Source of the DNA: Lama glama
Lineage: Eukaryota
DNA length: 64,000 bases
Reading direction: 5' to 3'
Assembly: GCA_028534125.1 (NCBI GenBank)
Contig: CM052817.1
Span: 97,900,001-97,964,000 of the forward strand
Below the pieces are notes generated by a model that was not told where the DNA came from, searched no databases, and saw nothing but the letters and a program-made list of their open reading frames with translations. Below are positions 49,075 to 62,591 of this stretch, piece by piece. Both the position numbers and the translations under genes were made by a program. Positions within the stretch are counted from its first letter, which is position 1, and every line of letters starts with the position of its first letter.

Positions 49075-50136
49075 TAGTCTCCTTGCATAATTTTCATGTA
49101 GCTGATTATCCATCTTTCCCATGTAAAATCCACCTGAAGCCCCTTGTTCAAAGACAGCAAAACAAAGAAACAAATAAAAATTCCATTAAAGATTCTAAAA
49201 TATAAAGCTTTTTCCTTTTTGCGACAGAATCCCTCTGAACTTGCCATGATGCTTTTTATTTGCTATTTAAAGTCATTCTAGGTAAACAAAAAATTAACAT
49301 TTAAATTATTAGTATGAACATTACTGTTCACCTTTCTATTGTATAATGCCAGTTTTAAAGGCAAATATAAGAACATTGAAGTCATATGTATAATCACTAA
49401 AATTACAAGATTCCTACTTTGTGGCTCCTGTGGGTAAATTTACTTTATACTTAGTGCATTAGAAACGCTGCTCAGAACTAACCTGGCTATCTTTTTTCTC
49501 ACTTCATGATACATACACATTCTCCCAAGACTTTCTGCTTTTGGGTTATTCATGAGTAAGGAAGGACTGAAAAGGAAACGGGCCTATCAGTTACTTTATC
49601 TTTCCTTTTCCTGTTCTGTCATCATTTTCAGCCTAAATGGTTGGCTAATACAGGGAAGCAATACAGCAAGAAAAGATAATGATAAACTTCCTTGGCTGTT
49701 TGTGTTTCCTGGAATGCCACTGCCTTCTTCCGCATTTAAAACAAATTCTGGTTCCATCAGAAAGCACGGATTGTCTGACCTGTCAGCTTACTCAGTGAGG
49801 ACAGTACATGCTTACCTTGTCATTGCTTTGAGTCTTGGGGAACTCCTGCATACTGTGAGTCCATGAGTCCACCAGCATTCTGTGTTCATGGGCCACCACA
49901 CACTAAGTGTGACTGGGGTGGCAAGGAATAGCCAACCCACATAGGACATCTATCTCCTTTGCTCACAGTCATGCGACATTGTTCTATCAGATGGCACTTT
50001 CCAACACAAGTTCAAAGACAAAATTAGTAAGAATTTCAAGACCATGACCACAGAGCATAAAACCAAGCATGACGTCGTTCTGACCATCAGGCCCTGTGTG
50101 TCAGCCCAGATCGTATGCTCATGAAGCCAGCTCCAG
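49075..50136 (-). mobile_element. MER45B-like hAT-Tip100 DNA transposon (~1.06 kb)
   Basis: One end reads 'acaagttcaaagacaaaattagtaagaatttcaagac...cagagcataaaaccaagc...ggccctgtgtg...catgaagccagc'; the other end 'gccccttgttcaaa'. Confidence 0.78.
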
Positions 50137-50269
50137 TTCCAGTCTTTTCAAATGACTTCTTGATCTTCACAGTGAAAAAAAAAAATTAGGAAATTAGGGG
50201 CTGTTTTGTCTCATGATAGACTCTGCTGCCAGAAAACTTCATCTCTCCTCAAAGTTACCACCTCTGTGT

Positions 50270-51348
50270 TAGTGATGGATGCCCACTTACCTGTACCTTC
50301 AGCCTCTCTTGTCCTTCTGGGTTTCAGAACTGTGTATCAAACTGCCCACCTGACATTTCCACTTGGATGTCTCAAAGGAACATCAGGCTCAAAGTGGCTC
50401 AAACAAAATGCATACATTTTCTTTTCACTGCCCCTCTTCCTTCGGTCTCACCCCCAGCACCTCTAGGTTTTCTCCTCTTCCAGTGCCATGGGTTTTAATG
50501 AAAGAGATCACCATCCAATCAATTACTCAAGTCAGGATTCAGGAGGTCATCCTTGGACCTCCTTCTTCTTAACTTCAGTGCTGATTCATCATAATTTCTG
50601 GTCAGTTTTATCTCTTGAATGTCTTCCTCTGTCTTTCCTTTTCTCTCTCTCCATTGCCACTGCCTCTGTTAGGACAATAACCTCCTCATGGTGCTTGTGG
50701 GAATCACTCTTGCCACAGCAGCTCTGTTTCTCATGCTGCATCCAGAATATTTGTTTGTTTAAACACAAATCTGATTTTCCTACCTGCTTGAGGATCTTCA
50801 TTTCTCTTAGTATAAAAAGAAAAAACTTTAATGTGCCACACATGGCCATTTGTAGACTGGCCCCCAGCTACATCTTTATTATATTCCAGCTCCATCTTTT
50901 TGCATTCAGTATTTCAGGAACACCAACCTTTTAAAGATCCTTAAATACTCCGTGCTTCCCAGCCCAGCTTCTAGGGTTTTTAAACGTTTTCCTCTTGTCT
51001 TGGAATGCTCTTCCCTCCAGCATGCATATTTAAATCTTACTCTTCCTTTACATCTGAACTCAATCTTAAATTTCATAGTATAGAATTCTCTGACCCCCCG
51101 ATGGAGTCATTCTTTCTGCTCTATAATAATATCATCAATGTCACATGTATAGTACTTTTACATATGAACATGTATAATAATTTATAATACAGCTTAGATA
51201 ATGTGTTTTTGATCAAAATCTATCTCCTTCCCAAATGAGTAGGCTCCATCAAGTCAGAGAGTATGTCTGGCTCACTCAGCTCAGGTTCTGACTTGGTACC
51301 TGACTTGTAGAAGAGACTCCATAAATATTTGTCACATCAACGAATGAA
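50270..51348 (+). mobile_element. L2 LINE 3' portion
   Basis: 'aactgcccacctgacatttccacttggatgtctc...aaacacaaatctgat...cttggaatgctcttccc...ataaatatttgtcacatcaacgaatgaa'. Confidence 0.85.
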
Positions 51349-51349
51349 C

Positions 51350-51545
51350 ACTTTCTTTGTTCCAGGCATGATGCCTGGCACTTTACATGTTTTATCTCAT
51401 TTAATCCTCAAATAATCATATGAGGCAGATTCTATTATCATCTCAGTTTTATGGAATTTGAGACTTTTATAGCTTAAATTATCTGTATAAGGTCACATAG
51501 ACTGTAAGTAGCAGGATCAATTTGAATGCAGGTAGTTTACTCTCT
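51350..51545 (-). mobile_element. MIR SINE
   Basis: 'ttatctcatttaatcctcaaataatcatatgaggcagattctattatcatctcagtttt...aaggtcacatag'. Confidence 0.8.
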
Positions 51546-51572
51546 CTTTAATTCTAGTAAAGGAGACAATTT

Positions 51573-51724
51573 TTAAAATAGGAGCATGTATTTTTTTTAA
51601 TTTGGGGGGTAATTTGATTTATTTATTTAATTAATTTATTTTTTAAATGGAGGTACTTGGGGATGGGACCCAGGACCTTGTGCATGCTTAGCATGTGCTC
51701 TTCCACTAAGCAATACCCTCCCTC
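51573..51724 (-). mobile_element. tRNA-derived SINE, camelid vic-1 type, with 15-bp TSD
   Basis: Minus strand reads 'gagggagggtattgcttagtggaagagcacatgctaagcatgcacaaggtcctgggtccc...gtacctccattt'; TSD TAAAGGAGACAA(T/C)TT at 51558-51572 and 51725-51739. Confidence 0.88.
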
Positions 51725-52994
51725 TAAAGGAGACAACTTAAAACTAGATTGGAGAGGGGTGAGGAAAATAAGGAGTTGAAATCTGAATCAGCATTGATGG
51801 AGTGAACCACATATGGCTTATTAAAATATCTATCACAGTTCAAATAGTAAAGAAATACATAGATGATTCCAGTATTCATGGTCCACCCTTTCTACCAACA
51901 TTTTGTGACTCACTTAGGTAGGACTGACAGACGAAGGAGTGTCTGCAAAGCTCTGAAACAGACTTTTTCTTTCTCTGCCCCGCCATTCAATCCTCCTTTT
52001 CTGAGCCTTTGATAAAATGTGACCCAACTACATCTGCCCTCAGCCTTTTCATGTTTCCTGCTTAATAGACCCACTGCTCAGAGGTCTAAGTATCTGTCAA
52101 CAGTTGCTCAAGAATTAGGCTTCAAAGTACAAAGTTTTCATCAACCAAAGTCCCCCAGCTGTAGCTATTTCTCCAACTGAACAAATGCTGAGCCTGGAAG
52201 AGGACAGCTTTCCTCCAGAGCCCGCCCTGCCAAATATGTCTGGCAAAGCTGCCTGAGAATATCTTCTCGGTCTGCACAGAAGTGATGGGAGTGATTTCAA
52301 ATATCCTCCTAACTTTTTGCAAGGAGAATGAAACTTCTCTGCTGAGTGCCACCTCCACAGGGCTTCCTGCACCACATAAATAGCTAAAATGCCATTATTT
52401 TCCAGGCACCTCCCATGTTTCACTACTCAGCAATTCCTTTGTCAGTAGCAGGGCAGTTCAGGTGGTCACTCATAGCCTTACCTGAGGTTGGTCCCTTAAC
52501 CATTTCATGACTATCTTTAGTGTATGTTTGGCGGTGGGGGTGGTGGGGGCCTGTGAATTCAGCAGTGGTCTAAAAAATAATTTTCTTTGACTCTTTAAAA
52601 TATTGATTGCTGTCTTCCCTTCCCCCTTCCCAAAATAATTAATGATTGTCCAATTGTCCATATCACCTGGTTTGCCCAGTCACTGCAAAAATCTTACAAT
52701 CTGGAAGGTTAATGACAAAATGCAAAATAATGTATGAAAGCTTTCTTTTGAGAATGGGTGTGGAAAAGAAAGATGGTTGAAAAAAAAAAAGAGGTTTAGG
52801 AATAAGTGAGGTAATAAGTTTGGCCGCAGTGGATATGCACATACATCTAGTTACTTACAAAATACATGGTTTTAATCTCAGAGGCAATAGAATCCTTATG
52901 AGTGGGGTTGGGAGAGGGTGGTGACCCCATAGTTAAGTATCTTGTTAGCAGATTGAACTGGCTGAAAGAGAACTTAGAGGTTGGAAAGCCAGAA

Positions 52995-53025
52995 AACACA
53001 CACACACACACACACACGCACGCAT
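52995..53025. repeat. (CA)n microsatellite
   Basis: Directly visible. Confidence 0.9.
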
Positions 53026-55181
53026 ACAAAACATGTGGCAGGAGCTAATTGAGGCAGAGATGAGTACAATATTCTTTTATATAAAAGCCCAGTAAATATT
53101 TTTCTTTTTGGAAATTTGAGATGTGGCAAGGCATGTACTGCTTTGACACTTACCCCTTTCAGCACTGGTAATGCCATTTGTAGTCTATGAAACTGATAAA
53201 TGGTTTCTGATCTGTCCTTTCAGTGCTGGCATTAACATATAGGGAAATAGTCAAGGCAAAACAAAAACACAAAGGAGCTACTGTAAAAAATATTGTATTA
53301 TTTGGATTCAGTCACCGCCAATCTTGCCAAATCCCGACAGATTTCCATTGTCCTGCGTAGCAAGAATAAAGGAAAATACAGAGGTAGATGCCAAATTGTT
53401 TTAAGTTGAATGTTTTCCAAATTTTTTTTTCTTGAGATGTCAATAGTTCTTTAGAACACAGTTAAGAATTTTGTAATATTTTTATTTTCCCCATATGTAC
53501 TTAAGAACTATATATTTTAGACTCTGCCTTAGTTCTTTCAGTCATTAATCTCCAGGAACTAATTTCATTTGTGGATATGCTGAAACCCCAAAGAATGGAA
53601 AAGAACAAACATTGGTGTGAAAACAATGCTTTAAATGCGTGGTTGCCAAACAGGAAAAGCTCTTGGTTTTTTTCTATATTTAATCAATTGGCTTGTCTAA
53701 TCCATTTGACTGTGGAAGGTTGGCCTGACATGACTTCAGATTAGTTTAATGGGGATTAAGGTGGCATGAAGTGTGTAACACTATGCATTTGCAAGTACAA
53801 ACATGCTTGGGAATTCATTTGTCTTTAGGGGGAGGCTGGTTCAAACTCCAGCTATATTTACAAACAGTGTCTTGCCACAGCCGAGCAGTTTGGAGCTGGG
53901 GAAAGTAACTGTGTCTGCCTTTCCTTAAACCCACAGGGCCTTTGATTCCTGCCCAAATAAAGCTGGCCTTTGGCATTCAGCTCCCTTAGCTGGCAAGGTA
54001 TCTGCATAATGTTTGCAGAATTTAGAATGGCCAGGAGGAGTAGGTCAAAGACAGCCAAAATTATGATATCACACTCATAAAACCTCATCAGTGGTGACAT
54101 ACAGAAAACACTCAGTGAATTGCTTTCATTAATTTATCCTTATTAAGAAACCCGAAGCAGTCCTTTATTTTTTGGCCGGTTTCAGGTTCTGTCATTTCCC
54201 CTTCCTTCCTGCATCATTCCTTAAAAAGAATAGCGTCCCATGGGTACTGATTGATAGTAGCTGAAGAAATACAGCTGGGGGAAGTCTAGGATACTCAGAC
54301 AGCCCTGGAGGAATGTTTTATAAATGTTTTATTTTCCTTTGGGAAAACCAAAATTTTTCCAGAATCTTCTGGGATAGGTTAGGATGAGAGCTGTTCTTGC
54401 AGTGAAAAGAAAGGAAACCTGATTCCAGAGAATTCTGTGTCTCTTCTCTAGGGACAAGGACAGGTGCTCTGACATATCACCTGCACTAGACCCTATCCTG
54501 GTCCTGGGTGGCAGTGCTCAGACTCTTTTCTAAAGAGCAGATGAGAATGGTTGTCAGGATGTCAGGAAAGACGTGGATTTGGGAAGAGGAGGATGGTATG
54601 CAGTTGAACGCAGGCCTAGTTTTTCTTCAGGTCACACAGGTTTCTAAAGCTGAAATCTGGCTAGTCTACAAAAACGACATCAGGAGGAACTGAGGGAAGG
54701 GAGAAGAACCAATGGGAACCACTTCCTAGTAACCGGCTGACCCTGTTGGGAGTCTAGAATGTCATCCACGTTGGGGGTGGACATTCAGAAGACTCAGATG
54801 TCTTGTCTGTTTGTCTGATGTGGGGCCTGGGAATCTTGGCCTGAAAGTCTTGACTCATGGAGCAGAATTTATAAGCCTTCTCTGTGCCATGTAGCGGAAA
54901 ACTTTTGCATATAGTTACATAGTAAGAGAAGAGGAGTGCAAGAAAGCCGAGACCAAGAGAAACAGAAATGAGGAAAGAAGAGTAATCAGGGTGTTTAAGA
55001 TTGGAAGTAATAGAGAAAATGTTTTGAATACGAAACAGAAGAGCAAGGATATTACATTGTTTCCCAAGCAAATTTCAAAACAGCAAAGACATAATTTATA
55101 TACTACCAGTGAATCTTTGTGTTTCTTTTTTTTTTTGTGCTTTTTCCTTATTGTGCTAAATTTCATTTCTCAGATTGTATA

Positions 55182-55410
55182 AATGAGAAGTTTGGGATTA
55201 ACAGATATACAGTATTATATATAAAATAGATAAACAACAAGGACCTACTGTATAGCACAGGGAACTGTATTCAATAGCTTATAATAACATATAATAGAAA
55301 AGAATCTGAAAAGAAAACATAAGTACGTATAGGTATAACTGAATCGCTTTGCTGTACACCTGAAACTGACATTGTAAATCAACTACACGTCAAAAAAAAT
55401 TAAAAAATAT
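55182..55410 (+). mobile_element. 5'-truncated artiodactyl L1 3' tail with long TSD
   Basis: 'aaacaacaaggacctactgtatagcacagggaact...ctgaatcgctttgctgtacacctgaaact' plus A tail; direct repeat ATTTCATTTCT(C/T)AGATTGTATA at 55160-55181 and 55411-55432. Confidence 0.92.
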
Positions 55411-58400
55411 ATTTCATTTCTTAGATTGTATACTCTTAAATATATTTTAATTCCTTTAAGTATAATAGAAACTAACTGAACTATGGGGCATTTTGAATAG
55501 TTGAAAAGTATTCTTTTAATATAACCTTGCTAGCTACTGGCATTCTTGAGGACATCCATGTTGAATAAGCTTGTCAGATGGACCCTTGTCAATGATGACC
55601 ATTGATGTATGATGTGGAACTCCATGCCCTGAGAGGCAAATGGGCAGGGAACCTTGATGACAGAAGCACTCAAGTGTATATGTTATCCACGTCAAAGAGA
55701 GGTGAGAAAACCAAAGGCTCCAAAGCATGACTCAGGAAAGAAAATCAACTCTGAATATGTTTCTGACATGACTGTATGAAGACTTAAACACATCCATTGC
55801 CAATTCCATCTAGGTAAAGAGTCATGATATTCAGTAACAGGAGGTAAAGCCAAGAGACGAAGAAGGGGCACAGCTATTTAAAGCAAAACAATGCAAACAA
55901 ATACAAGTCATTTAGAGAAAGGCATCCTGGTGAAAAAACTTGACTGGGAGTCTGGGGCCTTAAAGTCTAGTGCAAACTCCAATGCTGACCAGCTGGAGAG
56001 GAAAGGACGAGCTGACCTTTAGGTTTCTTTTTAACTCTGCATTTTTATGATTCTGATTCATCTTTCTAAGAAACACAGTTGAATTTCAAAAGCACTGAGC
56101 AGCAGTAAAGACTGAGTGAATCTGATTTCTTTAAGTGACAGAAAAGAAAAGACCTGTAATTCTGTAGAAAGAATTATTTGGGCTCTATTTTGTGTCTTCT
56201 GCTTTTATTTTATTATTTTAAAAACTAAACTTGGTGGTTTATGATATTTGGGAAGTTCAAATGTAAAATTATTATGCTCCTTAGGTGGTTTTTTCTTTCC
56301 CCCAAGGATGAACGATGAATCCACTTCCTGGTGCCAGCCCATATTATTTCTTCACTGTGGCCAGTTAGATCTGGTGTCAGGTCAGTGGAAGAGATACGAT
56401 CTAATATAGTTCATATGTTGAGACTTTCTGCTTATGGTCTCTTCCTTAAGCAAACACATGGAAACCCACGCAAGCCTGTGAGAGCTACTGTAACAATACT
56501 TTTGGTTTTAGTATTTCTATCTTCCTCCCTGGTGGTGGGGAAAAATAAACTGGAGAACCCTGAGTCAAAGGTCCTCAGATTACAACTAATAGTTTATTCT
56601 AGTTAACAGGTTAAGCACATTTAAGTAAAATGAAAGGAAATGAAAATGAATTACAGGCTAAAAGCTAGCTTTTGGCTTTCAGGAGCCTCTGGGCTGCTGG
56701 TTTCAGGCAGCACTGAAACAGAAACACTGGAAGACATAATAAACATGAACCAGCGCCCAGTTGCAATTCCGGCCTCTCGGAAAGAACGTAAATGGTCCGG
56801 CTCTTGTTAATGTAAATACGCATAAGGCAACAATCACAAAACACCTCACCTTCCACCTCTTTGGACAGTTCTGGGTGTTGATTGAACAGAGAAATTTATT
56901 AAAAGAACAGTTTCTCACCACTGGTGATAGAGAAATGTAAAAATAAAAACCATGTGCTTGAACACATGTGTGTGGGTGTGTTTGTGTGCATCTGCACACA
57001 CGTTGGGGAGAGGTGAGGAGCTATTCACACTTAGCGTCTCTTGGTGTGAATCAGGAGACTAACATCTGACCCTCCTGAAATTTTTTAAGGGCTCCCTTCG
57101 CCAGAAGAAGCAAATTCAACATCCATTGTTATTTTGGCTCTGGTTATCTTTATGTGCAGGTTCTCCAATCAGTGTGATCTGTCTAATAAAGCTTCTCCCA
57201 ACTCCAGATGAATTGTTCTCAGAGGTCTTTCTCTATGGACTGCCCAAAATCTCCATCTGTATTTAGGTACCATTCCTGCGATACTGATTGGATGTACCAT
57301 CTGAAAATGGCACAGCCTGTCATTTTGTCCTATGTATTTGGCTTTTCAATCCAGGATTTCTCCCATTTTTTTTCTTTCAATTTGGATCCAGAAGAGGAGA
57401 AAGGGAGCTGGCCGTGCGTGTAAACCACTGTGTCAAGTCCCAGACTCCCAGATGGATGTGCCAGTGCCTGGAGGAGAGCTCATTAGAGACCTAATCAAAC
57501 AGGCTTCATTGACTCAGGCTGCTGCATATTGGCTGGTGGTGTTCCCCACCCCCCGGCTCTTGTATTATTTCCTTGGCACCTTTAGTACGATGTTGAAGAT
57601 CATCTGAGACTGAGACAGAATGATGCGTGATGTGAGGAAATTGGAACCAAATGTCTTCACTGTACTGGCACATGTACCACATGTTTCTAAAACTGAAACT
57701 GTCTTATCTGGACAGCCCTGCTTTCTAGGTCAGAGCATATTCCTTTAGCCCCTGAGCCCATCCTTCCTTCCTTCCAAAGCAAGACTGTCTAAGGAACTTA
57801 AAGGACTTATCTTAACAGCTGTATTCATTCTGATCAGTTTGAGTATCTTGATGGTAGCTTTCACGAAGAACAGCCATGCACCAGAGGTAGAGCGTTGGAT
57901 TCTTTAGAACAGACAATAGGCAAATGAGAGAATAAGATATGTTCTGTTTGAGGTATTCTGAAAAAACTAAACAACACAAAACAAAGCAGACATGCCCCAA
58001 AGGTTATAATTCCACTCTCTTTTGCTCTCCTATGCAGGACTTTCCTGGCTTTGGAAACTTGAGTCTCAGCCTCATCTTTTTCAGAAATGTATCATAAAGC
58101 TTGATTTAGACAAGGTGATGGGAGGGTGGATGTAGTGGCTTAAAAAGTCTGAACAGTCAGTTCTGGTGGGCTGGAAAGTTAAATTACATGAGAGTGTCAG
58201 CCACTCTGCTGAGTTTTGTAGGAAACAAGTAATTAGAAACTAGAAGCAGAAAATATTTCTATGTAGACAAACTTTGGGCTCTGTTCCCTGATTCACACTT
58301 CAAAAGCAAAGGGAACCTGATAGCTTGTAAGACTGAATAACCTGGAGATCCTTCTAATTTCTGACTTCAAACAGATTAATAAAAACATTTGTGTTTAAAT

Positions 58401-61400
58401 GAGGAAAGCAGGCTGTGCTAGTGCAAATGACATCTGAGAGCCTGAATATTAAAGAAACTAAGAGGTTGAAGGATGGCTGGAAGTGGTGACTGGAAAGAAG
58501 ATACATGTTAACAAAGAAAAGCCCGTATATACACAAAATTATTTGGGTCTCTTCCTGGGTTGCCAAATTACAGACCCAAAAGGGGCTCAGAGAGCAAACC
58601 AAGGTGACTCCTCTTCCATGGGGTAACCTGAATTTCTGTATGTGCAGAGGTGGGTCAGAGGCAGCTGTGAGCTGGAATCCTGGGAAACTTCATTGCTGAA
58701 TTGGCTGGATTGGCATCATGGGAATTGGCCCATCCCATGAGAGACAATTTGTTAAATCCCATTCATGTGTCCAAATGCATGATTAGGGACTTGTAGTAAC
58801 CACCCATGTTCACACATCTATCATTTAGACACAAAACAAAATACAAAACACCAAATGTCTCTAGAGTTGAGCCAGATCCTTCTTATCTTTGAACAATCAA
58901 AACTTATAAAAGCCTCAGGGAACTGAAATGATTTATGAATGTTCAACGTTGCTAAACTTTTGACAATTGTTCTCGCTAAAACAAAACTGTCTACATTATC
59001 TTGTATTACCATACTGATTGTGACCAAAAAAATATTTGTTTCCAAAAAAAGAATGTTGTTTTCTTGTTATTTTTTTCCCTTCTATTTAGGCATTGCACTA
59101 AAAAAAAAATAAAACAAAAATAAAACAAAACAAAAAAACAACAACAACTAAAAAACTTTTTTTTTTTTCCTCTGAAAGCTGTTCTAAGTAAGAGCATCTG
59201 GGAGAAACAGAACCTTCTCAATACAGTGTTAGTAAAATCTCGTCCTGGTCAGGGCAGCAAACTGCATCCTGTTACCAAGTTGATCAAAGAGACATTCATA
59301 ATCTCTTGAACTACCAGGGAAAATTGTAGGCTCTAGAATATGTCGATTCAGGCCTGGTGAAAAGAACAGTTTGCTTAAAAAGCTGAGACAAATATTACTC
59401 TGTTGTGGAAGCTCCAGGGTCCTGCTACCTTTTCTTTTTCTGCCATGGACGTGTTCATACAGCAATTAGCAGAATATCACTGATGGTTTTGCCCATGAAG
59501 AACAAATAGCTAGCCTAGATTAGCCTGTCTGTTGTTTTCTAAAGGGTAAATCTGTGGCTTCTAAAGTGTTTTATTTGCCTCTTTTAATAATGTGACTTCT
59601 GAAGAATGTTCAGCTGTCAGGTTTTTCCCCTGGATATAGAGCCTGGGAGAGAAGAGTGTAGCCACAATGAATTGCAATGAGAAAGAATCATGATTTATAG
59701 TCTCTTTACTCATATCTAAGGTAAATTGAAAAGGTATGAGATGTGGAAGTCTAAAAACATAACTGATCCATTGTGGCTAAAGAAAGAATTTTTTTCCCTC
59801 CTCAGCATTAATTGTATGATCTGGGTGTTTCATTCTTTGTGCAACATTGAGGCCTTTGATTAAAAGATAATTACATTTCATTAATGTCTGATGAGCATCT
59901 TGTCAGCCTTAGAAGACAGAATGGAAATATCTGGGAGATTTCAGTTACAGTAGTCAGTGTCTTTAGGCATTATTGCCCAGTGATGGTAGGATTATAAATT
60001 GGTGCGAGCATTTTGAAAACAGCTTGGCTATACGCTGTAGCAATCTTTAAACCATATCCCTTGAGCTAACCATTTCTCTTCTTAGAATATAATGTAAGGG
60101 AAAAGTACCAGATATAGAATAAATAGATCAATTTGTTGATTTTTATGTGACCTGAGGCCCCCCAGGTCCTCCAACTAGCTGGGATTATTTTTTGCTTTTA
60201 ATATCCAAGTACATAAGCCATCCATTATTAACTTCAGAAAATCCAATGGGTTTCTAAACTGTCTAAGAGTAGGAGGTGGGAGGGGCCAGGAGATACTTAG
60301 CTGACCTTGGTTTTCTGTTACGACTTCTCCAAACTACTGTTCCAGGCCTTTACTGTATCCCTGTGGTGTCTCCGCTGTGCCTTTCTTTGTCACTCAAGTC
60401 TCACTGGTCCACTTTGTGCCATTTCCATCATTCTCCCCAGCACCCCTGAGATAACTGAATGTTTGGGAATGATGGAAAAGACAGCACAGGGTAGGAAAGA
60501 ACTTAAAAATGGCTCAGGGTCACTTTGTGGTGTTAAAGCTAGTTGGCATTCCTGGAGAGTCCTTCCCTGGCTGGCTCTCTCCTTGGGCTCTAGACTGTCA
60601 TCCTGTTGATGGCGCTGGTCTCTCCTTCCAAAGGAGCCTCCTTGCCATTTCCTGGTTTCTCTGAGTCCTGCCACCCCAGCCTCCTGTCGTCCCTCCCCTC
60701 TCCCTCCTCCCTCAGCCTCAACTCCTTTCTCTGAGCACCACACAGAAGTGCTTCAGACCTGTTTTTTAATCTCAAAACCATTTTCCCTCAGAGGAAATGC
60801 ACTTTTACTCTCTTTTGCAGGGCAATGCTGTATGGTTTTGACCAGGTAAAAATACTCAAGTAAGCAGAAGAAAATACACTAAAATATAAACAGCATCTAT
60901 TCTAAGTTATGGGTGATTTATGGCAGAGTTATGGGTGATTTTTATTTTCTTTTAAACATTTTTAGTGGTTTCCAGTTTGTCTGCAATAAGCATATACTAC
61001 CTTTATGACTTAAAAAAAGTAAATTTATGTAAAATTCTCAAGAATTTGGACTTTTAAACCTTTATCTTCTTTTTTTCCCTTTCTCCTGATACTGTTCATT
61101 GTGATGATGTTAGTCTGGGCAGCTTGACCCCAACTATAGTTGATGATCTGGAATGAATGGTGGAGCCAATAATCAAAGAACTCAGGTTAATAACTATTTA
61201 GCTTAATAGGAAAAAAAAAGATGGAAAATCACATGTTCTCTGGGGACATTCCTTTTGAAAAGTCTCCAGAAAGAATATTAGCCAATTAACTACCAAGAGG
61301 TTGTCATCTATATACAGTTTCTAAATTGCTAACCCAGCCCCAAGTTAGAAACCAACTGCAATAATCTCATAGACTGGCCATGTTCTTTTCATGATGATAT

Positions 61401-62591
61401 AGGCAAACACTCAACTCTTCCACTGCTTACTCATATATAAACTGGGATCCCTGAATTTATATGATTCCAGCCGTCTATTGTGACTAAATTGTCCCTGATG
61501 TGACATTTCAGGCTTCTGTGCAACCACACAGTAGCTATTCCACCAGGTTTATGGTGAACAGCCCATCTGAGATCTGAGGATGAATCTACTGAGACTTGGG
61601 TAGCCTGTTCAGTCTTGTGAAATGCTTTTAAACAGTTCTCACAGCCTCCATTAGATGTATTTGCAAGCATGTTATTTTCACAGTTCAGCATCTTTCTTCG
61701 TAAGATCAGGCATCGCAATCTGATGATATTCACAACAAGCCATGTAATATCAAAATCAATGATACAGGGAACCCATTTATTTATTGCACAGGTGTATGCG
61801 TGCACTGGGACATACCAGAGCACCAGAACACTTTACAGGAGTAGGCGCCCCTCACAGGCAACTGCATTCTCCTTCGATTGGTCTTTCCTTGTGATATATT
61901 CTAATTGATCTGTCATTAGATAATAGATGTGTACCATTTCCCCAATTATTCAAATGTCCTTAACAATAAATAATGTAAAACATGAAATCCTTTTTCTTTT
62001 TTTTTCATTAAGAAAAAAAAGCTTTCCATCCAACTTGGGGTATCTGATTTGAAATGGTATGTATTATCCCTCTCCTTTAGATTCCCAGGTCTGAGGAATA
62101 AGACAGTAACGAGTTTTTCTAGTAACACAAATTTGACGGCCCACTTCCACTCAGTTTGAGATAGCAACTTCCTTGCCTTCTGCATTCTAAGTTATACCTT
62201 ATGTCTGTCAGTCATAAAGACAAATAGTCTTTAGCTCTGGGGAGGCCATGATAAGGATAACTTCAAGGGAAATTTATGTCATGAAGGTGGCAGGATTGTT
62301 TCAGGGAGGGAGTAATGTTTAAAATTGAACACAGAAAAGAAGTGTATTACGAGATTTATTTTGCAAAAATTTTTTTTTGTTAAAAAAATTTTTTTTGGTA
62401 GAAAATCTGATAACATAACTGAAGCGTTCCTCCATGACTCAATTTAATTTTTATCAAGAAGAAACTGTTTCTACAAGACCAAATATACGTACCAAAAATT
62501 TAAAACCGTATTTGACAAAACTAAAAAGAAAGGAATGATTGCCCAGTAGGCTTAATTTTGGTACATGTGATTGCTGGGTAGCTTCGTGACA

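Noticed and set aside
50206..50934. Overlapping ORFs up to 148 aa
   Set aside because: They lie in an L2 remnant, show low-complexity composition and no recognisable protein.
59040..59170. A/T-rich tract with AATAAA words as a gene 3' end
   Set aside because: Low-complexity A and T runs; no upstream exon or TSD to support an mRNA end or retrocopy.
60905..60941. 15-bp direct repeat AGTTATGGGTGATTT
   Set aside because: Small slippage duplication within an old L1ME-like 3' end; no sign of function.
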